A stretch of DNA of 64,000 bases from positions 362,056 to 426,055 of the forward strand of contig NMRA01000022.1 of NCBI GenBank assembly GCA_002633005.1, read 5' to 3'. This DNA comes from Phoronis australis (Eukaryota; Animalia; Phoronida). The translations under genes were made by a program, and so were the position numbers. The notes beneath the pieces were generated by a model, which was given only the letters and a program-made list of their open reading frames with translations, ran no database searches and was not told where the DNA came from. Of the stretch, positions 48,891 through 61,689 are shown in pieces. Position 1 is the stretch's first letter, and each line of letters begins with the position of its first letter.

Positions 48891-51674
48891 ATGCAGAGCA
48901 GGATGGCAAGTAAAAAGTATGGAACCCTAGTAGCACTAAGGCTTTTCATTGTGCTGCAAATTATCAATGTAGGCCTGATTTTCGCTGAGGATAGTCAACA
49001 ACACGGTGACCGTTTCAATTGTCCTGTCACTGTTGACAACAACGAAACAATTGCCAATTGCAACTACAGGAGCCTCTTCTTTGTGCCGACTGGTATCCCC
49101 AAAACTGTCACCGTTCTGCACATGCGCGCAAACTTTATTTCTTCCATACCACCTGGTGCATTTATCAAACTGAAACATTTGAAAGAAATAGATTTGTCCG
49201 GCAACAGAGTATTTCTGACCTTTCACCAGGACAGCTTAATGGGGTTGCAATCTCTTATGCATCTGAGCTTGACGAAGACCAATGGTGTCTCGTTCGACTG
49301 TAACAATGGATCTTCAAGGCTCTTTCGACACACACCTCAATTGCAGAATCTTCGTATGAAAAGAACGGAAAAGTTTGATACCAAATGTATAAATTCCACA
49401 TTTCAGGATTTACCGAATCTTCGTTACCTGTCGATTACATGGCCGTATTCTCCGCTCCCGCATGGATTTTCCCTTCTAAAACAATTAGATATTTTAGATA
49501 TGAGTAAATCAACATTTAATCTGTCTGAAAATAACTTCCAAGCACTGTCACTTCTGAACGTTTCTCGTTTGGCACTACGAGAAATCCGTATAACAGGGTT
49601 TAGCAAACGTACGTTGAATCCTGTTTTACAAAATCTCAGGGTTTTAGATTTTTCATGTAACGACAATTTTGATGAGATTGGATTAAAGTCAAGGTACTTC
49701 TCTCCAATAGTGGAGTGTTTAGAGAATTCAACTCGCCTCGAAAGTTTAATCTTGGACCGATGTTATGATTATGACGCAGCAATTGCCATATCTTCCGACC
49801 AATTTTATCCTCTAAAACGAGTCCCTCTGAAGGCATTATCGCTGCGTCAAAACGCCGTCACAACTGTAGCCCCTTTTCTTAAACACCTGAAACATTTGGA
49901 ATACTTTAACGGGGATTACAACATACCTATCATATTCAAAGACACTAAAAAACTACTGTTGGACATAGGTTTTAAGAAACATTTAAAGGAATTTTACCTT
50001 TCCCACCAGTTCCTTTACTCCAGAGTGATAAATGTTTGTGATGAGGATGAAAGCGAAATATTCATGCGCGAATTTTCAGACAGAGCAGACCTCGAATCAA
50101 AAAGAGAAACGTTGAGAAACGATTCGAAAATACCGGGCAAGTCCTCTTTCAAACTAGATATTACCACAGAGAGTAGTGAGTACACAAAGTCAGGAATATT
50201 GGAAACGGAATACAGGCTCGAGGAATATTTAAACGACTCCAAGGTGCGAGTTGTAGTGTCGCTGGAGAAGCTGAACCTTGCAAAAATTGGTGTACCCATG
50301 TCTCCGCTTACGGACAGAGGACAGGTCATCCACGAGCTTAACATATCAGACTTTAGTAGTCATGGAATGCATGTACAGTTGACAAACAATCTAAAATTTG
50401 CAAACATCTCTTCGAATTTTATGTCGTCTATTGATTTCGTTGTATACGGCTTGGATTCGTTGAAAGTTGTTGATATTAGTGATAATAACTTACAGTATGT
50501 TCACAGCAAACTGTTTAGGGCGGTTGGAAAACTGGAACATCTATTCGCATCTAGAAACATGTTCGGGTTGTTCAAAAGACCTGGTGACTTGGTGACTACG
50601 TTGAGCGGTCTTCCCAACATAAAAACCATTGATCTATCAATTAATCGATTAAGTTACCTTCCAAGAGGTATATTTTCCGAGTGTCCCAATTTAACCCATT
50701 TAGATCTCCAAAGAAACGGCATGAAGTCTGTGCACTTAAAGTTCTCTAGTCTGCCTTCTTTGAAATATCTAGACCTTAGCCACAACGAAATCAAAGGCTT
50801 TTCAAAAGAACAGACAGAAGATTTCCAGAATGGCAATCTCTTCCTGAAGCTAGAAAATAACTCAGGCTTCGAGTGCTCCTGTGATAACATACCTTTTATT
50901 GAATGGATCCAGAGCGACGGGTCGAATGATACTGTGCTAAACAAAAGTAAACTCATCTGCGAGTTTGCAGACGGCAGAATGACAGCTTTGGTTGACGTTG
51001 ATTTAAACAAACTTTACATCGACTGCATGAAGGAAGTAATAATCATTGCAGTTGCAACTATGGCGGTCGTCTTATTGAGTACATCCCTTATCATGTGGCG
51101 ATATCAGTGGTACATAAAGTATTGGATATACGTTCTTCGACTTAGACATAGACATGACTATCCAGCCGACGGTACAGAGCCCTTTGCCAGCTATATATCT
51201 TATGCTGACAATGATTACGATCTCGCAAATACAGTGTGTACTAAGTTGGAAGAAAGTAACTTGCCGGTATTCTTCCGCGACAGAGACACAAGTTTGGGTA
51301 CCAGCATTTTCGATGAATACTTCCGCGGCATTGAATCCAGCAGAAAATGTATTCTATGTTTAACAGACAGTCATTTGAATTGTGCAGAACGTTATTTCGA
51401 GTTACAGATGAGTATGGTGCGAGGTAAAGGCTTCCTTATACCCGTCGTTGTTGGCAACTTAGCATTAGAGAAATTGCCGAAACCGCTGCGGCGCTTGCTC
51501 CGCGATGATGTGTACTTCGAGTGGCCAAAAACTGACTTGGAGGAAGAAGATTTCTGGAAGTCTTTGATTGCAGCGGTGCTTACTCGTAAAGGAGTCTGCA
51601 TTCGCAAAAATGGTACGTACGCTAGCAGTGTGAATTATCAAAAATGGGTTAGTGTTCTGATCAGCATCGGATAA
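48891..51674 (+). CDS. Toll-like receptor, single cysteine cluster type (LRR ectodomain, TM, TIR), about 927 aa
   Basis: Signal peptide (LVALRLFIVLQIINVGLIFA), LRRNT (CPV..ANCNYRSLFFVPTGIP), many LxxLxLxxN repeats, LRRCT (FECSCDNIPFIEWI..LIC..DC), TM (VIIIAVATMAVVLLSTSLIMW), TIR (SYISYA, DRD, IESSRK, FEL, YFEWP, FWKSL). The track start 48876 is TTG within a splice acceptor; first ATG is 48891. Confidence 0.97.
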   Translation: MQSRMASKKYGTLVALRLFIVLQIINVGLIFAEDSQQHGDRFNCPVTVDNNETIANCNYRSLFFVPTGIPKTVTVLHMRANFISSIPPGAFIKLKHLKEIDLSGNRVFLTFHQDSLMGLQSLMHLSLTKTNGVSFDCNNGSSRLFRHTPQLQNLRMKRTEKFDTKCINSTFQDLPNLRYLSITWPYSPLPHGFSLLKQLDILDMSKSTFNLSENNFQALSLLNVSRLALREIRITGFSKRTLNPVLQNLRVLDFSCNDNFDEIGLKSRYFSPIVECLENSTRLESLILDRCYDYDAAIAISSDQFYPLKRVPLKALSLRQNAVTTVAPFLKHLKHLEYFNGDYNIPIIFKDTKKLLLDIGFKKHLKEFYLSHQFLYSRVINVCDEDESEIFMREFSDRADLESKRETLRNDSKIPGKSSFKLDITTESSEYTKSGILETEYRLEEYLNDSKVRVVVSLEKLNLAKIGVPMSPLTDRGQVIHELNISDFSSHGMHVQLTNNLKFANISSNFMSSIDFVVYGLDSLKVVDISDNNLQYVHSKLFRAVGKLEHLFASRNMFGLFKRPGDLVTTLSGLPNIKTIDLSINRLSYLPRGIFSECPNLTHLDLQRNGMKSVHLKFSSLPSLKYLDLSHNEIKGFSKEQTEDFQNGNLFLKLENNSGFECSCDNIPFIEWIQSDGSNDTVLNKSKLICEFADGRMTALVDVDLNKLYIDCMKEVIIIAVATMAVVLLSTSLIMWRYQWYIKYWIYVLRLRHRHDYPADGTEPFASYISYADNDYDLANTVCTKLEESNLPVFFRDRDTSLGTSIFDEYFRGIESSRKCILCLTDSHLNCAERYFELQMSMVRGKGFLIPVVVGNLALEKLPKPLRRLLRDDVYFEWPKTDLEEEDFWKSLIAAVLTRKGVCIRKNGTYASSVNYQKWVSVLISIG

Positions 51675-51944
51675 ACTTAAGTCGATGGTTTATCGAAATG
51701 GTAGTTACACAAACGCTTGGCATGAACTTTCGTCATCACAAGGCTGTTTGAACGCAGGCCCCACGAAGGACGATCTTTCTAGTTAATTAGTAAAGATAGC
51801 GATTTTAACTGACGTTGCTATCACAAGTGTGGTAACACGTTCGGCTTTGTGGCGATCATGTGGCCTTTTAAAGGACTTACAATGTGATTTTGAACTGAAT
51901 GTATGGCAACACGTCATAATGTCATGCAAACTGATTTGTTCCAG

Positions 51945-52203
51945 GCGCTGTTATGTACTACGCCGACTAAATTTTGCCAGACACATTTCGCATGTGACTG
52001 TCTTGGCATGACAGATAAATACGAGGAAATGCAGTCAAGAGACCAGGTGGTGGTTAGGAGGAAGCACATCAGCTGTGCTTGTCAGAGTGCGTGCAATGTC
52101 AATTATAAACTTTGAATCTTCTTGTTAAACACGGGCTGCGAGACCAGGACTGAGATTTAAGCTAGGTCGTACGTACCATTTTGAGGATTAAATCCTCAAT
52201 AAA
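51945..52203 (+). other. Candidate terminal exon of the TLR gene (GAVMYYAD* plus 3' UTR)
   Basis: Donor ATG|GTACGT at 51613, acceptor ctgatttgttccAG at 51943-51944, phase 1, TAA at 51968-51970, AATAAA at 52198-52203. Confidence 0.5.
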
Positions 52204-53385
52204 CTCACTTTTTTCGTCTAAAAAATTCAGTTAGATATTCAAGTTTAATTCATGCTAGCACAGTTGTATGGTTAGTTTCTTCTCTTTCTTCGGTTTCTTA
52301 TTTTTGTTTGTTTGTAAACGTTTATTTGTACTGTATTCCATGTTTGTCTTACAAAAACCTTTATCAACACTTGCCTTTAAAATTAATTTAGTTACCAGGT
52401 AATATCGTGGACCTTCATTTAAATAATTAGACCTTTAACTGAAGCACAAGTTTCATACCGACAGTTTGCGGACTTACACGTGCTCTCGTAACGCTCAAAT
52501 CTTCAGTAGACCTTTGAAGTACAACTTGTCGAAAACTGAAAATGAGTGCAGTAGCGGTTTGGCAAATGTTCAGATTCTCATGGGACGGATGGTTTTGCAC
52601 CTAGCTACTCTACATGGAAAAGGATTGTGACCGAAGGACTAAGGAAACTCTTGGGTACCAGAAGGACAAGGCTATTTCCATTCCAAGTGCGTGCTACGAG
52701 ACCAGAAAGAAAAGAATAGCATTATAAGTAATTTGATGATAAGTAGGATAATCGAGACAAAAAGTGTCAAGGCCGACAGACTGAAGAAGTTGGCAGAAAC
52801 TGCGGTGCAAGCAAGGAAAACATCAGCATAAGGACATGGAGGTGACCTACGTACATCCGCCCACACAGCCTAAATCATGGGGGGGGGGGGGCTGAGAATG
52901 TGTACCTTTTACTAAAAAAACGGGCTACGTTCGCAGCAGTGAATTGTGTATTCGCCGAATTTAGATAGTTCCTGCCTTTTTAGTGGACTTTGGTCTCGCT
53001 CTCTTCTTTTTTCGGCGTTTTTGTTTCTCTGAGGCGTAAATTTTTGCACACGCACACGCACGCACACACGCGCGCAAGTGGATACACGAGCAGTTTTTCA
53101 ATAGTTATTGAATACACGTGTTGATGAGGCCTGACACTATCCTTTGTAATTGCAGAACAGACACATACTTTTCCATGAAAAACTATGACACGAGTTGTCT
53201 TGTTGAAAAAATCGTGTCGCTTGATAGGTTGTCAAAAGCGGTTCTGACTGGAGCTTAAAAGGTACCACAGGCCAGACCAGGCCATGGCTTGTAAACGATG
53301 ACTCCTGCAAGTGTCGGGTTTGTTGGTTATTTTAGTTGATTTGTATGAGCAAAAGTGATGCAATGGAAATGGGGCAATGACGTCA

Positions 53386-53490
53386 GCTTGATTTGGTAGC
53401 TTTTGCACAAATGAAATTAGGGTTGATTTGATAGCTTTAGTACCAATGAAATTAAGCTTAATTTGATAGCTTTAGCGCTCTATCAAATCT
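53386..53490. repeat. About 35-bp x2.5 degenerate tandem repeat
   Basis: ttgatttg(g/a)tagcttt....aatgaaatta unit repeated, ending in the inverted ctatcaaatc. Confidence 0.65.
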
Positions 53491-54229
53491 CATTCGAGCA
53501 GACAACCAGAAATTCAAATGTTGGTTTTGACATCTCAAAAATGTGAAAATCAACACAGAGACCCAGAATGTAATTCAATAATTGCATAGTATTTGTGTGA
53601 ACTTGCTACCCTGGTGTGCTTATTATTGTCATTTAGATTCCATCAACGAATCTAATATTAGCTATGGTGTTTCTATTTGTAACCTAAGGTGCTACACGCA
53701 GGATAACTTAGCTTATACTCGATACGTGGAAGCAGGAAGAGATAACCAGGAAGGGACAACTAGCTAAACCGCCGTTTTTGGCCTCCTTTCCCGGTCTAAT
53801 TTCAGGACTTAATTTTCGTTTAAAAGGAAACAGATGATTTTATCAGAGGGATTAAAGTTTTTTCTATAGAAGGATATCAAAAAACTCACTTTGCAACCTT
53901 AAACAGTGGTGTAATTGTACTTTAAAAATATCGACTTCAGAGCACTCAATCGCAACTTCCCACACGCAGTCACGGGTATTTAAGCTTTTCCGTCGATGTA
54001 TAGATGGCGCAGTAGTCAAGTACTCCCTCATTTGCATATCAAATTTGCATGTGGGAGTTCTGAGACTCTCGTCAGTTGTTGGTCGAGCGCTTGAGTGGAT
54101 AAAGCGGTGACCTCCCACTGAGAGCACGCGCTGATGAAGATACCACTCGATCGCTTCGCAATCAGGAGGTGAAAACACTCTCATGACCGCAGTTCTGAAT
54201 TCCAGCTAAGCAAGCCCTATTTCGAGGAG

Positions 54230-54834
54230 NNNNNNNNNNNNNNNNNNNNNNNNNNNNNNNNNNNNNNNNNNNNNNNNNNNNNNNNNNNNNNNNNNNNNNN
54301 NNNNNNNNNNNNNNNNNNNNNNNNNNNNNNNNNNNNNNNNNNNNNNNNNNNNNNNNNNNNNNNNNNNNNNNNNNNNNNNNNNNNNNNNNNNNNNNNNNNN
54401 NNNNNNNNNNNNNNNNNNNNNNNNNNNNNNNNNNNNNNNNNNNNNNNNNNNNNNNNNNNNNNNNNNNNNNNNNNNNNNNNNNNNNNNNNNNNNNNNNNNN
54501 NNNNNNNNNNNNNNNNNNNNNNNNNNNNNNNNNNNNNNNNNNNNNNNNNNNNNNNNNNNNNNNNNNNNNNNNNNNNNNNNNNNNNNNNNNNNNNNNNNNN
54601 NNNNNNNNNNNNNNNNNNNNNNNNNNNNNNNNNNNNNNNNNNNNNNNNNNNNNNNNNNNNNNNNNNNNNNNNNNNNNNNNNNNNNNNNNNNNNNNNNNNN
54701 NNNNNNNNNNNNNNNNNNNNNNNNNNNNNNNNNNNNNNNNNNNNNNNNNNNNNNNNNNNNNNNNNNNNNNNNNNNNNNNNNNNNNNNNNNNNNNNNNNNN
54801 NNNNNNNNNNNNNNNNNNNNNNNNNNNNNNNNNN
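54230..54834. other. Assembly gap (605 N)
   Basis: Run of N. Single Ns also at 13563 and 47031. Confidence 1.
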
Positions 54835-57800
54835 TTGGGTTGATCTTGACAAGGGCCAATTACCAAACGATGTTGGTTTTAAATATGTTTCATACTGTTT
54901 TCATCATTTTATCTTTAATATTCCAGTCTAATTTAATTGTTTTGCTTCCTGCTGGGTCGCTATCGTTTAATTTAATGTTTAAACTTTAAGTGCCATAACA
55001 GCAGATTTTTCTGTCAGTGAAAATAAGAATTCAGCTCTCGCCCACAGACCCACCTTATCTATTGCTTGGAATTTCTCATCGACTTTGAACCGAGCCATAG
55101 TCTTTATGACACGTGTTTCATCACTAGCTGATTACTGAATATCAGTTTTCTGGTTAGGTGCTACTCCTCGAATAAAGAAGTTCGACACGACTTGGCGATT
55201 TTCTGTCGTAATGTTGGTTCATGCATTTTGAAAAGTTGCCACTTTGCACAGACAGAAATGTTTACTACAGTTCAGGACCAGGTAATTACACTTAATTGGG
55301 TCTTGCTGGCACTGGACAATGTGGTCATCACCACTGCGTCCGACTCTGGAATTGCGCTCTCCTTCATTCAGGTGAAGGCCGCTCCAAAAAAGGTTGAACG
55401 AGCAGCAGCAAAAATTCCCACATATCTTTAGAAATGCGTGTTTTCCTTGAAAGCAAATTACTCATGGCATGTCAGCGCATACACAGAAGGAGCCAACACT
55501 AATGAATGCACTTTTAATTACGTGCTTACAAGTAGAAGTTTTCACTGACACTTTTTTGCATCTTCAACCTCAGTTTTTACTATGATTTTCTGATAATGTT
55601 GCCAATCTTGCGTTTAAGAGCCTCATATTATTACCCAGGCCTCTGTGTTACATTGCAACAGAGTGACTTCAGTCCTTCATATCACTTCTGCCCTAGTGTT
55701 GGATGCAGGTAGAATGAATGCTCAGGTTATCATTAGAAACTCTGTCCCTTCCATGGCACCAGTAGAGTTGTAGAAGAACCACTGTTGTCAAGAAGCCCAC
55801 TTATGTTTATCTAAGGTCCTTATGTGAGCAGCAGTCCAAATACAGCATTAGACATGACTTCACAGAAACAAAACACCAGCTAAAACAAAATTGATATGCC
55901 TCAAGTGACACTGGTGATTTTTCAAACTGTTAGGCTTCTGAAATTGGATTTCTCATGGGATCATTTTTACCAGAATAAGTATGATAAAAAATTTCCAAAC
56001 TTGATGAGTTTGGTTCTCTGTTACCTGTTGATGAAAGTTATAGTAACTCTTTGAACCTTGGTAGATTATTGGTCAACGATTCATGATGTAACACAGAAGA
56101 CCGTGGGAACACATAACAATGGACTAGACTTTTTTCCTGATTTGGAAACCACTATCACTTGGAGGTTTTGAGCTGGTAAGTGATAGCAAGTTGCTGAAGG
56201 GCATCGGGACACAACTTGTGATACAATACAAGCTGTGAAACCCACCCTATCTCATGGAAACAGTGGAGTGCATAACAATTCCAAAAGCAACATTTAGCAA
56301 ACTTTGGCAAGTGTAGACTAGACAGGTCCTGGGAACTGACAGTTCTCCACCAGACAGACTTGTGTTATAAGGTCAGACAAACAAAATATGTCAAACTGTT
56401 TTCACACTTAAACAAGATTCCAGAACTTCAGACACATTGACCATGCAGGAGCTCTTAAGACAAGGGAGCACTGAAGCACAAAAATACAATACACTATCTC
56501 TTAAAAGTACCCTGCCTTTGTCAATTTCAAAAAGAAAGGAGAAAACCTGTTGTACCCTAAGGTTAATATGTCCTAAGGACTGACCAGGCAGCTCATTCAG
56601 AGGAGTTAAAATAGGACAATTGTTATGAAATGGTCGATCGTATTCATAAAAACCTTTCACATAACATGCTTTATGCACAGTTTGCTAAAGCACTGTCAGG
56701 AATATTTTTTAAAATGTTTCATTTTTGTATGACAGGCTATCAAAAATAGAACTCTTGTGGTTTATACGAAAAAAATAAAAAGTTGCATTTATTCAATCGA
56801 GAACACTTGGTTAAATGTTGATAAGGTCCTACAAAACCTTACTGAACTAATGCAAGCATTAGTTCATTCAACTGTTATCACCTTGGCAACAGGCCTTCAT
56901 CTAGAATGTGTCAAGAGGTCCAAATGGATACCCCAATTCAAATATATTTAGGGACCCTAGTTAGGATGACCTGTTCAGCATTTGTACATCGAAGTAAAGT
57001 AAGCATTCTTGTCTCTTTTAACTTGTTGGCAGCAGATTTGACTAAAAAATCCGGAATAAAAAATTGGTTGGAAATGATGTAAAATACAAAAAGCTTTATT
57101 GCAGATTCATGTCTCCATAGTAACGTACAATATTATAACAGCAATTTGACTTGGGGTCACGGAAAACGTAGTCACATGCTATTTGTCATGGACGCCCTAT
57201 TTCTGAAATTCTGGATGAACCCTTGCTTGGCGTGACTCATTGAGACAAGCTCAACTCGTAGAGCTCTACCGGTCTCTACTGACCCTAAATAATCAATGCG
57301 CTACCTTTCTGAAACGTATTTTGATGCCCATGCAAGTCCTGCATGTACGGTAATTTATCACAGAATCAATCCTTATAGGTATTACATCATGTCCAGGCTT
57401 GGAACTAGGATAAATGAATTTCAGTATTCTCAAATGTTAGATATGTGGTACAAATTAAAACAATCCCTTCAAGTAAAGACTTTAAAATGGAACAAATTAT
57501 AAAGTTTTGCTATGAGAGCAGTAGTATAGAACGACCTCAAAATTACTCATGTATTCATTTATGAGATGAAAACGAGGTTAAGTAGCAGACAAATCTGATC
57601 ACTACGACTTGGTTCTCAACATTAAACTTGACGAATATTGTTGTGTTCTGCTCGACAACAGCAACACCAACCTGATCTTCACCAAAAACAGAAAAAATTG
57701 ATCATACGACACAAAGGAGGACTCTGGCCTAGGGAGGCCTACTCTAGCTCACTCAACCACTGAGTCACAGACGATGAATTACTGAAGTCATGATGACTCC

Positions 57801-59151
57801 TTTATCAGCTTTAGCTTATTGCATTTAATCTTGCCCTTCTTGAACATTTTCATTCTTTAAAAAGATTTTGTAGTACGGTATGTAATGCAACTAGCAGTTT
57901 CTCATAAAAGCCGGAAGTTTACTAATTTCACTTATGTTCCACAGACCTGGCTTCAATTTTAGACCACCCTTATCTAGACCTAATGTTTATTACAGAGCTC
58001 AAATGCGATGACACAGTACACCGTGTTTGTTAATTTCAGCGAACTTTCAATATCGTCCGGCTTCTATAGGAAAAATGGCTTATACTAGCAGTTTTACGTT
58101 TCCTCAAGTATCCCACTTTTCAATTTCACCTGGGTAAAATTGCTTTAAACAACACCAAAAGACCAGATATGACACCTATAGTTTTAATGCCTATTTCGGT
58201 GGGCCACAGGAACAGGAACCCGCAACAATGCGACGGAGTGCGTCACCACCTGAGCTCTATGAAATTTAATCTGAAAACTACTCAACGCGTCTTGCACAAA
58301 TCACTGATACAAGCAGAATGAGTTGCAACCAAGTTAAACACCCAACTGAATAGCCATGACTTACAAATCTATTAATAACTGATTGGTCGAATCATCAAAA
58401 AGACAGCAACTGTCATATGCACAAGAAAAGAACAAAATCATTACAAAACGAAACACAAATCTGAATCACTACCAGCCCTCATGGTACAGTAGGAAGATCT
58501 CTAATCAGTCACACCATGCCTAAAAAAGATCGAATCCTGCAAAGTATAAGAACACTTTTAAGACTTTTCTGCAAATATATTAACTTTTGTTGCCAACTCT
58601 TCAACTCCTGACATTGTCGCAAATTAAAGGACCAGTTTTCATTACTTTGGAATGCTATATCAATTGGACAGCAAAATTGACTGGTGCCAACAAATATGTA
58701 GGATAAAGGGCATGTCCCTGAAAGATGTCACTCAGTACACAGCAAATTTATCAGAACACCACCAACACTTAGTGTCCAATAGCCAATCCAGAAACACCAT
58801 TATCTATTTTCAGCGCACACAATCCTCTGCCATCAGCACAGTCAATAGATAGTTTCCAATTTCATGAAGTGAAGATCTTTCAATTCCGTGTTGTTAGAAA
58901 GAGAAGAGACCAGAAAGACTGAGGTGATGGCAAAAGTTAGAGAAATTACATTTTTCTTTAAAATCCACAATGCAGTATTTTAACACATTAATCACAGATT
59001 TGCAGAAGTGACAGCGTGAACCCCAAAAAATCCAGTTGAAATCTATTCCTCAAGATTGATAACAACCTGGTGTATCATTCAGCTTAACAACCATAGGATG
59101 AATGTAAAGTACTCATTTGTAGGGCTGGCATTCTGATCCGTCTCCGTAATG

Positions 59152-59174
59152 CTACAACCGTAGAAACTCCATTT
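59152..59174 (-). CDS. Candidate terminal coding exon (EMEFLRL*) of the minus-strand gene
   Basis: Acceptor tccatttgtcAG, phase-1 compatible with exon 61690-61957; followed by about 2 kb of T-rich sequence and AATAAA at 57100-57095. Confidence 0.3.
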
Positions 59175-61689
59175 CTGACAAATGGACAATAGGCAAAGGC
59201 ATTAAAAATTGCGTGATTGGACATCACAAAAGTACAAAAACGCGTCTTTTTGATAAAACTAGTAAATACCCAGCGTATTTGAGAAACATATTGGTACGAT
59301 CATTTATTTACCATTTTAAAACCTATAAAAGGGGCAGTGAAAACCAACACCTGTTGAATAAAAAACAAACTTGATTTCCAAAATAACATAAAACTGGTGC
59401 CCAATGTATTTTACAAGGCAACAACATCGTTTTTGGCTATCCGGGCCATATTTCACAAATGTTTTGAAGATTATTGCCACACCAAAAGAAACTCACAAGA
59501 TAAAGATTTAAAGACAACCAAGTTTTCCTTCCTTTCTCCAACATCCTCGTCAATCAAAAGATGTTGTTAGAACTAGAATATTTGTAAATAGTCCTGCTAG
59601 CAAATATTTGGATTATAATTTACTATTAATGGTTCAAAAATGTGGTGAAGTTCAACGTTACTCAACTTTGGCAACCATTTTATTGGTACAGCAATGTTAT
59701 TTAAAAAAATGGCATAACATTAGAAGAGCATTAATTAATTGTGAACACTTTAATGCGTTACATTTGGTACATGAAATTTTAAACCAAAAACAAGAGCAAG
59801 TGGTATAATCTTCAAGTGTATTTGTGAACTTTGGGATAATATGTCTGAGTGACAACAGTTTCCAGTCACAGGGTGGCACACGGTTAAAGTTTCAGCCCCT
59901 GGGTCATAGGTTGCAACATTCATGTACTCTGAAGTTACTGAACATGTGTTTCACAGGTTTCATGACTGTTTTCGCATTACAGCCACATGCATACAAACAC
60001 AAGCTGGGGTGGAATTGGTGGTAGGGCGGGGGTATTTGCCCTTCCGTAGAAAAATTACCCGTCAGAAGGCACAGGCACCTCACCCCAAAGCCGAGCAAGG
60101 GCCTGTAAGCAGAGTGTACACACAATAGTCATTTTCCTCTATATAGCAGCAACATACTGAAACAGGGCTAGATACGGCAAACCTGCAGGTCACTAATGCG
60201 ACTTCGGATTTTATTTGCCAACCTGGTAAGAATCCCAGGTTACCATGGAGCTCTCAAGCCATTCACGAACACACTCAAAAAGTCCTAACAGCAAGTAAAT
60301 TGGAATTTTTTAGTAAAAATCAAAAGGCCCAGATCGTGCTCACGTGCCTCGGTAGGTTAGTCCATGCGCAGAATGTCAATGGACTCAAGATTCACCCAGC
60401 ATGCGGGACACCACTCCTAATTTTTCACTGGAACTCTAAAGGCCTTCTGTCGAGGAATTTCTTAAGTTCGCTGGTTTTTCATTTCAGGTATCTCGTTTTA
60501 CAGCTATAGCCAACAAGGTTTGGCGACTTCAGTTCTCGTTCGGCGACCTGGGAATTTTGCCAACTCGCATTTGGTGAGCTGACATGTAAAGCATCGAGCC
60601 TCAGGAAATATGCTTTGTCACTAGATGGCAGTAAAGTGCTTGGTGGAGAAAGTTCAGTCCTACCAACAGTTCATTCCCATGATCTGAATGGATAGGCACA
60701 GACAAAATTTTTTCCATGCTTTATATAATAAGGACATAAAACTATACTGCGATAACAACTCGCTTTTATTGTATCCTCAGTACACTCATATCAGACAAGT
60801 TGCTGACCTCACAACAGACTAATCTGAAGACAATGCCTGGTTGTAGCGACTGTTGCTTTATCCACTTGTTTATGATGTCATGAGGTCCAAATTTATTAAT
60901 TTGTCTAGCTATAGAATGAATTTCTGGTGAGCTATAGCGTTGGTCTGAGGAGGTTTATTCTATCACATTTGCGACTTCTCAAATCGTAATTTAACAATGT
61001 TTAACCTTGCTCCTCGTCCTTTAAGGCAGTGGGATTTCATAGCTTTTTTTCATAAGTTCATTGTGGTCATCACGCCTTCAAATTATCACCTGATGTGTTA
61101 CGGGGATATTGAAATTATTCACATAAAAAGTCCAATGTAGCAAATAGCATGTGACTTTGTGCTAAATTTTGTCTTTGTCAACTCTTCCAAACAAGCTCAC
61201 CAGAATTAGGAATTGTGTTAAGAGTATATCACATTAATGCTCTCACATTCAAAATGTTATAAGTTGAATGCTTCCTAAATTCTGAAGTGAGAATGTTCAT
61301 TTCTGGGTCACATTGCCTTCAATCACTGAAATGTCATACCACTGTAAAGCATAAAAAATAAAAAAGAAAAGTGTAAAATCACAAGTACTATAAAATCACA
61401 CAATTTTCGGACAAAAATAATTGCCAAAAGTGATCTCTTAATCATTTTCAAAGGCTTAAACATTATTGTGCATTCCCACAATTTCCCAACACGTTGTCTG
61501 GTTGCACCTACCATAAAGAACTTAAGTATGGTAAACATTTACTTTGTCTCAATTTTTCGTTTCAAAAATGAAGATGAAAAATTATTTATCACTAGTCATA
61601 TAGAGTCCTAAATGGTGCGACTTTACCATACACACAAAACACAACACAAAGATCTCATTGTTTAGTCACTGACAAGAGGGTATGATTAC

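Noticed and set aside
48936-51607. Short ORFs overlapping the TLR on both strands
   Set aside because: Shadow frames of the TLR coding sequence with no recognisable motifs.
11048-51674. CAP gene and TLR as a functionally linked immune cluster
   Set aside because: They are 20 kb apart and separated by transposons; adjacency in an animal genome is not evidence without synteny or co-expression data.
54050-54210. RNase P RNA or hammerhead ribozyme call
   Set aside because: gggagttctgagact only resembles CR-I and CR-V does not fit; hammerhead stem II cannot be formed. Kept only as an unexplained structured region.
54162-54866. Three ORFs of more than 200 aa
   Set aside because: Artefacts of translating the N gap.
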